From the NCBI RefSeq assembly GCF_009914755.1, contig NC_060934.1: a DNA stretch of 64,000 nt; one strand, written 5' to 3'. Position 1 is the first letter of the stretch; each line of letters begins with the position of its first letter. The notes under the pieces are model-generated. The model was not told the DNA's origin. It searched no databases and saw only the letters and a list, made by a program, of their open reading frames with translations. The position numbers were made by a program, and so were the translations under genes. Positions 26,431 to 45,484 of this stretch are shown here, in pieces. This DNA comes from the human T2T-CHM13v2.0 reference genome, Homo sapiens.

Positions 26431-28921
26431 AGAAGAGTGAAGTGTTCACAGACCAAACCTAGAAATATGTTTTCTAAAAGAATACCAGGTAAAAATAGGC
26501 CAAATTGTGCCAGGTTAACCGGCAAAACTTCTGAATGAGCAAGATAATTTTTTTTTAATCCAGTGGTGTCAATAACCCTCCTCATCTAGCTCTAAGAGCA
26601 ATGGGAAGAAAACAAAGGTAAAGAATTTTATTTCAAAATTCCTCCCATAACCACATGCTGAAAAGAACTTATTTCCCATAATACTTGAAATATATATTTC
26701 AAAAACAAAAAGGATAGAGATGAAATCTACTATGAGTGCTTTATAAGGATTAATTAATGATGTAATTTCTAGAAAACCAGGAATTACAACAATAGATTAA
26801 CTATAGAAACCTAAAGATATTTTCTTCAAAATTACTTAGAATACAATTTCCATTTTTATCAAACTTTGAGACATTTAATACTCTCACTCTTCATTTCCTA
26901 ATGGCATCAGTTTTAATGATTTATATAATTTGAAGTGGTTATTTTCCGTACTTCATTACTTCCTCCAAAATGATCATTGATTTCATAATTACTTGATATT
27001 TTAAGGCCTGAAGACATAATGTCCTTGAAAATGTTTTAAATGTCTTCTTCGAAGCAAAAATAAATTACAGGAACTTAGAGATGATTTATTTTTTCAACAA
27101 AGATAAAGATCATTTTATTTTATCTTAATTATGACTGTGTAGCAACATATCTTATTGAAGAAATCAACATGTAGCTTGTTAACAGAGCATAAAGTAAGGC
27201 ATTTCTCTATAGAGTATGCAAATATTGTTGTATTTTATTAGAATGACCGAGCATTACCTGCAGACAACATTTTACCAACTGGTTTCTCTCTAGCGTCTCT
27301 CCCTCTTCTCGGATGCTTACCTTTTGTGTATATAATATGAGCTAACGTTTAAATTAGAAAAGTTTAGTTAATTTGATCATTCAATTTGTCAGTGGTTTTG
27401 TCACTTATTTAGGTACAAGTCTTGTTTTATAGACAAGCTTAAAAAATATATCAAGCTATACATTATTATACTACACATTTTTACATAAACAAAAAAGCCT
27501 ACTACATATCAACAATTTTTGGGGGTGTTAGGAGAAGTGTGTGTTCTGTACTCTAGAGAACTTAAAATTTTAGATTACATAAGAGGGAAAATACATTTTA
27601 TGAAGAGAATTGTACATATGGTCTAAATTAACATACATTTGATGATCACTAGGGTCTCATGGTTTAGAATTAGTAAAAATACCTGGGACTTTTCTTAGAA
27701 AACACCATTAGAAGATCAATATGTTATCTGTAGTGTAATGTCTATTCCTGCTTTAGACATGCAGTTCAGAATACCTGCTTTTAAACATTATCTGACTTTC
27801 CTTCTTTTTTGTCTTTCTTCTTCTGCCTGTCTATGGTGCTTATTTTCTTGGTGTGCATTTCTGATCATGTGTTTACATGAGTCAGTCTTAAGAAAAAAAT
27901 TTGAGTACATTTCCATTCACAGGCATTATCTAGGAATATGTGCCAGGATAAGTTTACCCTACAGCGTGCTGCATATCTCCAGTATTACTGTCATCGACAT
28001 ACACAAAATAACGCATAAATAACTTCACTCTGCAAAACACACAGCTCTTCTATCAATGCCTTCAAATTGCTACTATTACAAATCATCAAGTTATCTTCCA
28101 AATGGATAAAAACAACATGGTGAGCCAAGGTTCACATGTAACCATTAGGACTTTTTTACGAAATAAAATTAGGTATAGTTTATAAGTAAATATATTAATA
28201 CGAAGCTGGGAAAAGTTCTACTCACGTGGTTTAACTTTGTTCTGTTGAAGAATCTTCAACTCCAAGACTTTGACTATGTTCCCCAAATTACTGAAAATAT
28301 GTTTATGTCAGCCTAGTGCAAACTTTTAACTAAGAAACAGGTACAAAGAGGTGTTCGATTTTTGTTTTCTTTGAATATAAACAGAATGGAGTTCCAGCAC
28401 TTTAGGTGGGATTCACATGTTCTTGGCCCATGTCTGCTTCAGAAACAGGACAGGGAAACAGGACAGGGCTCCAGCTCCCAGGACAGGTGAGGACCTGGAA
28501 ATGAGGGAGAAAGGACATTTGGGGGGAACTCCCCAAAAGTGTGCTAAGGGAATGAGCAAAGCACAGGGATGAGAATGGCAGGTTCACTGGTCCATGGGGT
28601 ATTGGGGTCACCTGGAGGATCTGCCTCACAACTACTTGAAAGACTGAGGTGGAGACTGCTCTGGATTTGGATCCAGGAAAGTCTAAAATCTGCAAGAATC
28701 CTGGCCAGTTCTGCCACTAACAATCTCTCCCCATAGGTGACTTCATTCAACCCCATGGTTGAATGTGTCAGTGAGTTGCTGGAACCTCTGAAATATTTGG
28801 GTTTGGCTGTCTGTAAAAAGAACGGATAAAAAAGCAACCTATAAAGACATAAGTTTATTTTATGTCATCTAAAAGAATTCCAGAGACAGCACGCAGGATG
28901 GGATGTGATCATCAAGGTATG

Positions 28922-29286
28922 TGTATTGGTCTGTTCTCATGCTGCCAATAAAGACATACCAGAGATTGAGTAATTTATAAAGGAAAGAGGTTTAATGGAC
29001 TCACAGTTCCACATGGCTGGGGAGGCCTCAAAATCATGGTGGAAGGCGAGGTGGAGCAAGTCACATCTTACCAGGATGGCAGCAGGCAAGGGGGCATGTG
29101 CAGGGAAACTGCCCTTCAAAAAACCATCAGATCTTGTGAGACTTATTCACGATCACAAAAACAGCCCAGAAAAACCTGCCCCCATGATTCAATTACCTCT
29201 CACCAGGTCCCTCCCATGACATGTGGGGATTATGAGAGCTACAATTCAAGATGATATTTGGGTGGGGACACACCCAAACCATATCA
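28922..29286 (-). mobile_element. THE1-family solo LTR
   Basis: tgtatt...aaagaggtttaatggactcacagttccacatggctggggaggcc...ccaaaccatatca; near-TSD gtatg/ggatg. Confidence 0.92.
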
Positions 29287-29319
29287 GGATGCAAGATCCA
29301 AGGAACAAGGCAATTGTCA

Positions 29320-29430
29320 AGGACACAGGATTTCTCCATCGAACTCTGGTATCCACCCACACATCCCCTGGGCAGACCAAGCTGCATAGTAAGTGCTCAA
29401 TAAATTGAATGTTTGTTGAATTAACTAAAT
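29320..29430 (+). mobile_element. L2 3' end
   Basis: catagtaagtgctcaataaattgaatgtttgttgaat. Confidence 0.6.
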
Positions 29431-30529
29431 ATTTTAAATGCAGAATCAGACATAGGGTTAAAGAGCTGAACCCCAGCATTGCCCCTAACTAATCAGGTAA
29501 CATGATGCATGCTACTTGATCTCTGTGAGTCAATTTATTGTTCTAGGATTTTCTGGTGATGATTTGAGGAAGACAGGCATGTAGAGTGGCCAGCAATGCT
29601 GCTGGTCTCCTGACCTCTGAGTTGGGTTTCACTTCACTCTTCATTTTCAAATTCACCTTGAACCTGTATTTGCTGTTTTTCATCCTTGATCCATGAGATC
29701 AATTGCTGACTGGCCTGCATTTCAACATGCATCCTGACTGTGTTTCAGTAAATCCTAATAAATAAATATGGACACTCAATACCAGAAATAGATCTAAGTT
29801 GAAAAGAAGAAAGCAGAGTGAGTTTAAGAGCCATTCTTCTCCTCCAGCCACCCTCACCAACCCCTGTGCACTCACTCCAAGGCCTACTCTTCACCCTCTG
29901 TCCTGGCCATTCTGACCAGGGGGCAGAGTCTACCCAAGATCTGCATAAAAATTAACAGGACAGCTTGAAAAAGCATACATTATTCTTCACCTTCTCCTCC
30001 CATTCCTTAACGTATATATTCTCTGGAAATACATCCTTTTAAGAAGCTATAGATATTCTGCTTATAACACAAATTAAAATTATTTCACACAATAAATGAG
30101 AATGATGAAATTTGGATTACCTAATTACTCTAAATGCCAAAAATAAGAAGTTCCTTATCTTTCTGAAGAACAAATGTATAAATTTATTCAAGATTATGTC
30201 TATTCTTTTATAGTGGAATACTACATTATAGAAATACTTTTAAACCTTTTTTAAAAAGAGGAAATCTATAATTTGTTGATATCTTTCCAGTAATGTAATA
30301 AAAAGTCACTGCAGTAAGACAAACACAGGATTATTGGAGGACGAAAGCCTTATTAATTATGGGAGCATGAGAGTTATCAAATCACTTTATGGAGGCATTT
30401 TGATTCTTTGTAGTTTGAATCAAAATTAATAATAATATATGTATTAATAATATTTTTAGTGCTCTCACTTTATACTGTCCTGTCATCCTTTCTCAAGATA
30501 GCCTGCCATTCATTATAAAATCAGGGAAT

Positions 30530-30691
30530 CACACAGGTGAGCATGTACACAGAGGTGAATATGTGCACACAGGTGACCATGTAAACACAGGTGAATATGT
30601 GCACACAGGTAAGCATGCACACACAGGTGAACATGTACACAAAGGTGACCATGTTCACATAGGTGAGCATGCACACAAAGGTAAACATGTA
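30530..30691. repeat. 18-bp minisatellite, nine copies
   Basis: Consensus approximately CACACAGGTGA(A/G/C)CATGTA, repeated in exact 18-bp phase. Confidence 0.95.
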
Positions 30692-32879
30692 CACACCCAA
30701 AGCACACATGAGCCATATGGAGGATTTGTAAATATACAGATCTAGTTTCTGCCATATCTTCATCCTCCTTCACTTATTGGACAGTCTACATATTTATCTC
30801 TCATTATATAATGATGTGTAGGCTCAATTAATGTTTGATGTGTTTCTCACATCAACCAGTTTTAACCTACTTTCCAGAAAGTATCACATCCTTTTTTTTT
30901 GTATTTTTGCCTGGATTAATTACAATACCTTACATGTCATATGTGCTCAGTTGTGTCTGCTGACTCATTGATACGGAGCTATATTTCTGAATATCCTATG
31001 TTTCTCTTGAGAAATTTTAAAAACTTTTCATAACTTACTATTTTAAAAATATTCAGTTTGCTAATAATTCCCATATGTCTAGGCTTAATGGACACAGGAA
31101 AAATCCATCAGGGACCCCGAATTAAGGTCAAGCATGCTGCTTGAAGACTCAGAACCAGGGTTGCTGGCGATGGTTACAAATCATACCCACCTTACACATA
31201 GGCAGGTGGGTAGCAGCCTTGGAAGCTCTGATTTTACAGGGAAGTACGTTCTTTGCTAGCTGTTTTCTATAATTCCATCCTTAAAATTCAATCTTTCCAA
31301 CTTAGAATGATAGCCCTGCTAAAAGGCAAAGCAAAACAAAAGAATAATAAACAAAGCCACTGTATGCAGTAAGGCATGGATTCTAACAGGATAAACTGTT
31401 TTCTCTGATGGTTGGAGAAACGAGAAGTGTTATGCCACTGACAAGAAATAAAACTATATGTGTAAATTTTCATTCACCTTTGTGCTTACGTTTTATGTTG
31501 AACTTTCCTATTACTAGACTTTAATGGGTGTTTTCTATGATTGTTCCAATGAGGTTTCAAATATTGAAAACACTAATATTCTCAGTGACATCACTGTGCC
31601 ACCATGCTATCAAAATAATTAGAACAGGAGCACGACATGGAGAGAAAAGGCCCGTGGCTGAAATTCGGGGAAGCTGGGTTCCAGTATTAACTCTCATTTA
31701 CTTGCTGTAGAACAATGGGAAACCAAGAAAAGTAATTTTTAACTTTCTTTGTTTTGCCAAGAGTTCCTCAATTAACAGGAAGTATTTTTACAAGAAACAT
31801 GGCTTTGTTTGGAAAGCAAATGGCAGTTGTAAGGAAAGTGATGAGGATGAGCAACTCCAGATATGGGGGTCGGTGGGGGTGGGTGGGCGGTGTCACTCGA
31901 AAAATGACAGCTTTCGATTTTAAGTGCCAGCCTAACATCATGTTCCTACATTTGAAAGACTGTTAAGATCAAAGAAAACATTTGAGTGCAGCATATTCTT
32001 TTTAAAATTCTAAATGATCTATTTTTCCCGTGTTTTAAATGATCAGCTGCTTCATTTAAATGAACTCGATAGAAACATGTCTTCTAATAAAAGCTGCATT
32101 ATGCTTTTCCATAACTTCTGACTTGAGTGAGCTCAGCACTGGGCTCAGAACGATATTAATTTAAAAAGAGAAAAAAGGGCGTAATGAGCTGTAAAAAGAC
32201 TAAGTCTGGAAAGAATAACACTGAAAGATACTTAATATAGGGCCAATTATTTGACTGGCACTTGGATCTTGCCTTTTATAATAACTTCAACAGAGAAAGA
32301 AATTTCAACATAGAGATTTTCTCTACAGTATATATGGCATACATGAGAATACAGGATAACAGTTCAAGCCAGGATATCTCCAGACACACATATAATCTGT
32401 AGAGTCTCTAGGCAAGTGTTAAAATACCCTGATACATAAATAACACAGGGTGTTAAAACACCTTGATACATAATGGGCTAATACAGGTTAAAAGAGTATC
32501 TGGAACAAATAAATATTAGCTATTATTATCAGTAATAATAATATTGTTATTGCATAGGGTATCAGAAAAACATTGGCAATATATTAGAATGCATTAAATA
32601 AACCAGGAAATGAATACATGACGATGTAATCTATATTTACAATAGCTATAAAAAGTTATTTTATTAAAAGGCTTATGCAAAAGTTACTGTTGGAGAACTC
32701 CCAAAAGATGTGTCACAGACCATGTCTCTTCTTCTGGGCAAACCAGAACACATAATAAAGAGGTGGAGAGCGATATTCTAGGGCTGTATGATGATGAATT
32801 GAAATCTGTTTCCTGAAATAACTTGAACAAGGCTGTCTCCTATGTTGCCTTTCAATGAAAGTATGATGCATTATTATTG

Positions 32880-34420
32880 ACAGAAAAAAAATACTGCCAA
32901 TAAAAGCATGACAAAGCCAGGTGGTGGCACTTAATAGCTAGACCCTGGTGGGTGTAACTAAGATGGGCTGGGGGCAGGGGAGCAGGGGTGTGATCTGCAG
33001 AAAGCTCTGACGCTGGTTAACTGAATACGGCATTTCCAGGGGCAACATGGATGGGCAGCCCACAAAGCACACTCAATTTGTACCAAGAAAAGAAATCAAG
33101 AGACCATGAGCATAAAACTGAGAGCAGCCACCGCCATAAAGTCTGATTCCTCATTCAGTTTCCTGGCCTAAGCCGGTTTTGAGACCTGGAACCTCCTCAA
33201 GGAGGAAGAGTTGGACCTCCGCAGGAATCGCACAGATCTTAGAGAGAGGGCAGACTGCCACAGGCTCAAAAAATCAGTAACTTCCATTGTTACCACCACC
33301 CCAGACGTGGTCATTTTTCCTAGAGCTAATTCTCATGGCTCCTATTATGTGACATGTGGCCACCGGTTTCATGAAAATCTTTGTTTTCATTCTTATCAGA
33401 TAGGAGGGTCAAACACAATGAACCTGAACATCATATAGAACATGGAATAGCACTTACATACAGTTCTGTCTCACAGGGATGCTAACACCTTTGCCTTCTT
33501 CCATAATATAGTCCAAAGAGACCTGGGCCACCTGAACTTCCCTCAGCCCATCCCATCAAACCACTGTAGAGATGACATCCAGCAAATTGGATGGATTGGA
33601 TGGGATGGCCAAGAAGTGGCAACACCTTGGAGCCCTTGATAGGACACATGAGCTTCAGAGGGTGATAACTGAACCCTATGAAGACCCAGGAGACACCCAT
33701 GTCAGTGGGTTATTTGAAGTTCCAATGGCCCAGGGGCATGTGGGGACGCCCCATCTAAATAAAGGGAAATGGTTGCATCTTGCACTTCTTGTAACCAAGA
33801 TGGAAGCATGGTGTCTAGTAAGCCTCTTTGGGTTCTGAAAACTCCACACCTAGGAGCACAACTCAAACCTTACAGTGGGGGGGGGGGGGTCTCCAAAAGC
33901 CATGGTCACCTTTGTGTGGGGCTCAGAGCAGGAAGAGGCTCTGCACATGCAGCTAAGGTGTAAGCAGTCCTGCTTCTTGGTCCATGTGGCCCAAAGACTG
34001 CATGGCGTCAGAGTGGTGGGAGAGACACCCTTTAGGGTTTACGGCAGAACTCAGCGGCTGGATCACAATGCAGATCTCTAGAGTTCTGGAGCACAGCCAT
34101 GCCATCTAAATCAAGGAACTACACACCTTTTGTGAAAGAATACAGAGAATGCCACCAGTCCCTGGTAGAGAAGGACCACATGGGGACCATGGACCATGAG
34201 GCACAAATGCCTATTCTGAGCTGGGTTCCATCCACCCACCAAGTCTCAGGGGTGGGTGTGCCCTGCAACAAGCCCTCCTAGATAGACGTGGCATGCTAAG
34301 GCTCAAGCTCATGGCACGGTTAGGTCACAGACACCAGGCCACCTGCCAGGATTGTCCGCCACTTCCTCCCTCAGCTCACCCCTGGGATTTGAGGGGAATC
34401 CCCAACAGCTGGCGAGGTAG
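32880..34420 (+). mobile_element. Decayed ERVL-class internal sequence (gag end, RT, RNase H connection region)
   Basis: Conceptual translations HNIVQRDLGHLNFPQ...HCRDDI, KWLHLALLVTKMEAWCLVSLFGF, FVWGSEQEEAL and MPSKSRNYTPF resemble HERV-L Pol motifs; many stops and frameshifts. Confidence 0.85.
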
Positions 34421-35602
34421 AAACCATGGAGAACTTGGTCAGTGATTATTAGACCTCCTAATTCTCTAAAATTGAACCTCAGCATATCCCAGTTTACATC
34501 TCATTATTACTTTATTTGGGGCCCTCATCTAGCCTTTTTCCCCAAAATGTTCAAATGCAAACATAATAAATGTGATGCACACACTTGATGCCTGAATTCA
34601 AAGCACCCAGAAAGCAGAAGTAATTACGGCTTGCTTGATTTCAATGCTGCAAAATCTATCCCCTAAAACCTCCACACAGCTGCTAAGAGAATGATCACCC
34701 CTACCTTACCATTTTCTTGTGAAAGAAATTTATCAAGAGTAACTGCTGTCATGATAATGAGAGCAAGGGGAAACTTTGTGAGAGGAGCTCTTAATTTAGA
34801 GACCACCCCTGTCACTTTTAAATGATCTTCCGTTGGCCTCCAACACAATAGTAGCTTAAAAAAAATAAAAAGAAAAAATGAAAAATCAAAATTAAAAAAA
34901 AAGAAAAATCAAACATGAAAGGCAAGTTCAGAATCATCTAGAGAATATTTTAAATATGAAAAATAATCCTGGCTCTCTTGACAGCTTCTTTCTGAAATGT
35001 CAGCAAGCATCGTTGTGCAGAAGACCAAGTCATCGTTCAGGGTGGAGGGAAACATGATCACACATTAAACTGAGGGCAAAAGAGAAAAGAGGGAAATGCT
35101 CAAATTCTCTTTGCATCAGCATGAGTTGAAAAAAAAAATCTCCACATTGTCAAAAGAAGAATTGGAGGCAAAATTTCTGTGAACTGTAGCCAAGGTGAGC
35201 ATATATTTTTCAGATTTTTTTCAACAACTTCCACGAAAATATAAAAGGTGCAGTCGCTTTTCATAGAGAGTGTGGATGATTTATCTACTCAATTAGACTT
35301 GGTCTCCGGAGCTACCGGAGCAGAGGATGAGCCCCAGCGAATGGCCACATTCTGCCCTGCAGTTCAAAGCTGTGCCCTCCACTGCTCAACTTAGCTCCAA
35401 AGAAGAAAATTTCCCCTCTGTGCTGTGATTAGGGCTTTGAAAGTTATTAAACTGATGAGCCCTGCCGTGGGATTACCAGCAGCCATGCACAATTTTAGGG
35501 AATGCCCAGACTCATGGAGAGAATGGCCGCTGGGGCATATTTCCGGGGAGGAAGTGGCTAGGTGCTCTGACCCGGGAGCAGTTCTTCCTAATGATCCTGG
35601 CC

Positions 35603-35614
35603 GCGCCCCCTGGT
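35603..35614 (-). promoter_or_regulatory. Candidate CTCF site
   Basis: Minus strand ACCAGGGGGCGC matches most of the CTCF core CCACCAGGGGGCGC; the leading CC is absent. Confidence 0.4.
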
Positions 35615-36152
35615 TTTTCCGTCAGGAGATCAGGCAGCGAAACCATGGAAGCTGGTAACGGGGTGACGGACTTCAAGAGCCAGCACTCAGGCTTACCCCA
35701 CCTCCCTGAGACCTCAAAGCTTTTTCTAAAGTCTAATCCTGGGAAACATTTTCATTATTCCAGAAGATACCCTTGTTGGCTCTTGGAGGAATCGGAAAAA
35801 AATCTTAAACCTTGTAGAAGTGTGGCTGGAGCTGATTTCTGTCTGATTTCAGGGCTGCACCCCATCCCCTTCTTCATATTTGAATTTCACCTTTTCAGAT
35901 CTCTTTTACTCCTTCCTAGCAGAAGTAAGGCTTTAAGATTGAACAGTTACTTAACCTTTATTTACATTAACTTATCGAATTTTTCTCTGACAGCAGGTCA
36001 GAACGATGAGCTCATAAGTAACTTGGGACCTTGACAGGATGCCCAAAGAGGTAAAAGAATGTTGGAAGTGGAGATTAAGGGCATTTTGCGGGCTTCATAG
36101 TTTTTGGAGAACTGGCCCTGTATGAAATGTGGCATTGCTTGGGCCTAGACTA

Positions 36153-36461
36153 CAGTCATGCTGATGACAATATTTCTGTCAATGATGGACTGCATGGACA
36201 ACAGCTGGCCCATAATTATAATGGAGCACATATGGAAACCTGGTATATAATACTTGATATTGGCAGTGCAGGTCAAGTAGAGGAAATGATTGATATTCAG
36301 TCATGGTGCTGGGACAGTTGGTTTTTCATATAAAAAATATACATAAATAAGCATAAATACCACCTAGAATTGTGAGAGTACAGTCTGTGATGTTCAAATA
36401 ACAAAATAGCCCAGTGAGACATTCTCAAAACGTAACCCCTTTGCTAAGTGACACATGACTG
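36153..36461 (+). mobile_element. Tigger3-family non-autonomous DNA transposon
   Basis: TA|cagtcatg ... catgactg|TA ends; internal gtcaatgatggactgcat and cccataattataatggagc. Confidence 0.85.
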
Positions 36462-38534
36462 TATTATTAAATGGAAAGAGTCAAAAAAAGCATTAATAGA
36501 GAAATACTCAAAACTTAATTTTTATCATATTGGTTAATTCAAATTTTATCTTTGAGTAGCCAATAACGTCATGTTTCTCACATTTTTTTTGCATCTGGTC
36601 ATCTCTTCCTAGCTTTCAAGAAGCAAACTGGTGATCTTTCTCCTCCAAATTACATTATCCTGAGTGGGTTACTCTAAATGCCTTTAGACCACTTTAAAAG
36701 CATAGATGATTCTATTTTTTTAAATAACTGCCTTAAAGGAGTGTTAGCGTGTGTACAGGGCTGTGAAGACTCCTTTGAGTCTTTAGGGGCCTTCCTGATT
36801 CTTTCCAGCCTGCAAAAGAATTAAATATCTATCAAAACAGCAGAGAGGTCAGGATAAGAAATAACTCAGCATTTTTTTTAAAATGCATAAACCATACAAA
36901 CTGAACTGAAATATTTTTTAAAATGAACTAAAATGGTGTATGAGCCCACTCAAAATTTTGCATTTTAGCTGTTATATTAACAGTTTGGGATTCACTGCAG
37001 ACTCGTCTGTTTCTGATAAGGATTGGGGGAATGTCTCTGTTCTTTATAATCCACTTTTAGAAAGCCTTAACATTACAAGTAAAATGCAAAGCTCCAACTC
37101 TAAATACTCACAGTTTCAACCAGACAAAGATGTCATTGCCCACCTAACATGGTGTTATTAATCCCTTCTCATTTTCCCCATCTACACAGTACAATATAAC
37201 TATGGGTTGTCCAACACCTCCCAACTTCCACAGGTGGGCAATTATTATGGTAATTAACACTTATGGAAATTACCCGAACCAACCCATCCTGCATTACGAA
37301 AGGAGAAGGTGCTGTTTGGCTGTGCATTTAGCTGTATGCATGTGTGTCTGCGTGTGCATGCACAGGTGTGTGTGTCTGTGCATGTCTGGTGTCTAACACA
37401 CATGCATATGCTCCATATTAAAGAAACAGATTTGGGTTGCTTTCTTTCAAATCTGAGTTTCTGAGGGTCTTGTATGTTCAGAAAGAGAACTGCATCTGTT
37501 TGAATCTCAGTCAGATAAACAAATATTTAAATGTAAGCAATGTTGGGAAGATTGCTTTAAGCACTGAAGCAGAGCTTGGCATTTAGGAGGAGAAAACAGG
37601 GGGCCAGAGTCAATGCAACTGACTAGAGATTACTGAAGCAGAAGGCTCAGGGACACACAGTGAACTCATCCCTAAGGCTTCTGTAGACACAGTCTGCAGC
37701 TTATTGACTTGCAGGGTTCACTCGTAAGATAATTGAGGGAAGATGACTTCACCAATACACATCAGAACTCAGCATCTGCGAATCCTCAAAGTGAAGCATG
37801 TTGCCCATTTCCAGACCGTCCCACTGGCTCTCCCATGAGCACCTCCCTTCCTGTTCTCTTTTCTTGGTAACATGGACTTATTTCCTATTTAAAGTCAATT
37901 CTGATGCACTATCCATTTTTCCACATTAATAACTACAGTCTCATTGGACTTTGGACTCTGACACCAAGATGAGATGGATAGTAAATAGAATGGCAGAAAC
38001 ATATTTTAAAAATTTTCAACTAAAAATAATTACATTAAAACTTAGATAAATAAAAAAGATTTTGTGTTCTCATTCAGGAAATCAATTTTATATACGACGT
38101 AAGGGAGAGTTGCTTGAAATGTGTTTTGTGTAAAACAGACTTAGGGATTTTAAGCAACTGTAAGGTCAAGACAAGCCTGGGTGAGATGTGGGGATCTGGA
38201 ACAAGAAGTTCATTGCCACACCTTGGGCTTATTAGCATGCACCTCCTTATGAAAAAGCTCACCTCTCAGAGGTCCTCATGGATCCAAAGGCATCCTACAT
38301 GTTCACGTCATGTTCAAAACATTTCTTTGTCTCCAGAACAATAGACTGTCTGATGCATATACCCCTTGCAAAAAAAGGGGCATCTCTTTCTCTTACCACA
38401 CACACCCCATCCCTAAACTCATAACCAACAGGCTGAAAAATTCTGCAGTAGACTTGTATGATGGGGATGAGTTCACCACATCACTCCACCTACACCCAAC
38501 CACACTTAGAAGTGAGGCATGCTTTCGCTGATCC

Positions 38535-38682
38535 CAGGGTGCACTGCAGATACAGAGCCCAGTGCAAAGGAAAACCGTGAGGCCTCTCGTCCAAAAATTA
38601 TTAAGAACTTCAGGACCATGACAGAAGAAAGACCAAGTGGCCTCTGAGCACACTCAGGTCTCGTGCCCATGAAGCCAGCCCC
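38535..38682 (-). mobile_element. MER45A-like hAT element
   Basis: gcccagtgcaaaggaaaa...aaaaattattaagaacttcag...gtgcccatgaagccagccc. Confidence 0.75.
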
Positions 38683-38819
38683 TTGCACAAGCAAGCCCAG
38701 TTAAATTCATCAAAGTCTGGCTCAGAAGAGAACAGACCAATGCCAGTGGATTTATAGGGTATACTCATGAATGAAAATAACATTTGTGTTATTTTTCTTC
38801 TTGAGGTCATTTTGTTCAG

Positions 38820-44160
<5,341 letters not shown>

Positions 44161-44518
44161 ACATTTCAAATGATTATTTTCACAAAGTATTGTGGTAATT
44201 TGTTATGTAGCAACAAATAATGGACACAATAGTCTTCGGAGAAATGAAACACTTGACTTTTGAAGGATTTTCCAGTTTTTCATTGCACATGGGGGTGAGA
44301 AAAAAGACCCCAGGGGTATCATGGCCACTCTCTTCACATAGTTTGGCATCAAATCAGCTGAGACCAGGGATCCCCTCCCTCTACTGGAGTGAACAGCAGG
44401 TCTCAGTGTTCTGAAAGGGCCCAGGTGCTATCAGGTATGATATGCAAGATTCCAGCTGCAAGATGCCAGTCACCACTACCCAGCCTCCTTTCTAAGCACC
44501 CTGCCTTGCCTAACCCCT

Positions 44519-44877
44519 TGTTTTAACCCATTTTCATGCTACTGATGAAGACACACCTGAGACTGAGCAACTGACAAAAGAAAGAGGTTTAATGGACTTA
44601 CAGCTCCATGTGACTGGGGAGGCCTCACAATCATGGTGGAAGGTGAAAGGCATGTCTTACATGGTGGCAGACAAGAGAAGAGAGCTTGTGCAGGGAAACT
44701 CCCCTTGTCAAAACCATCAGATCTCATGAGACTCATTCACTATCAGGAGAAAAGCACAGGAAAGACCCATACCCATGATTCATTTACCTTCCACTGGGTC
44801 CCTCTCACAACATGTGGGAAGTGTGGGAGCTAAAATTCAAGGTGAGATTTGGGTAGGGACACAGCCAAACCACATCA
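44519..44877 (-). mobile_element. THE1-family solo LTR with perfect 5-bp TSD CCCCT
   Basis: THE1 motifs as at 28922; CCCCT at 44514-44518 and 44878-44882. Confidence 0.92.
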
Positions 44878-45484
44878 CCCCTCCTTGACCTACTTATCCA
44901 GAGCATGGCAATAGAGTGAGGACCACACGCATCCTGCTCCTGACCTGCTGTGAGCCCCAGCCTGCTATGTGCTGCCTCTGGAGCCTGCCCAAGGCCCTGG
45001 CTCAAGAAACTGTCTTCAAACCATCTTTATGATTCCAGTGAAAGTTACCTTTTAATACACCCAGCTCATGGATTTCCTCTTCATCATGCTGTGGGCTGAA
45101 GTATGGAAAAGTGATCAGTCATGTAAAACCAAAATCTCTTCCTTCCTGAATTACATCACCCACCTAAGCCCCTCCCTCCTCCAACCCACTAGCATTGATT
45201 CACTGATTCAGAAAAAGTCCTCCAAGTGTGTGCTGACAATGGGTAGAGCGGAGGATGAGAAGAAGTAAAGCAAGGTGGTGGTGTAACACACTCAGGTAAT
45301 CACAAACTGTGCATGTTTCCTTTTCAGCTCTGCCACTTCCTCTGAGTTGGGAAGACATGAAGAGTCAAAGTGCTTTGTATCGTTCAATCAAAATAGAAGC
45401 AGTGCTGCCTGCACAAATTTTGAGGGATCATTACATGGAAAAACAAAAAAAAAATTAAAAAAATGTAAACTTATGAACAGACTA

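Noticed and set aside
30563-30745. HTGE-like repeats suggesting C2H2 zinc-finger linkers
   Set aside because: The period is 6 codons with no C-x2-C/H-x3-H spacing; it is the 18-bp minisatellite.
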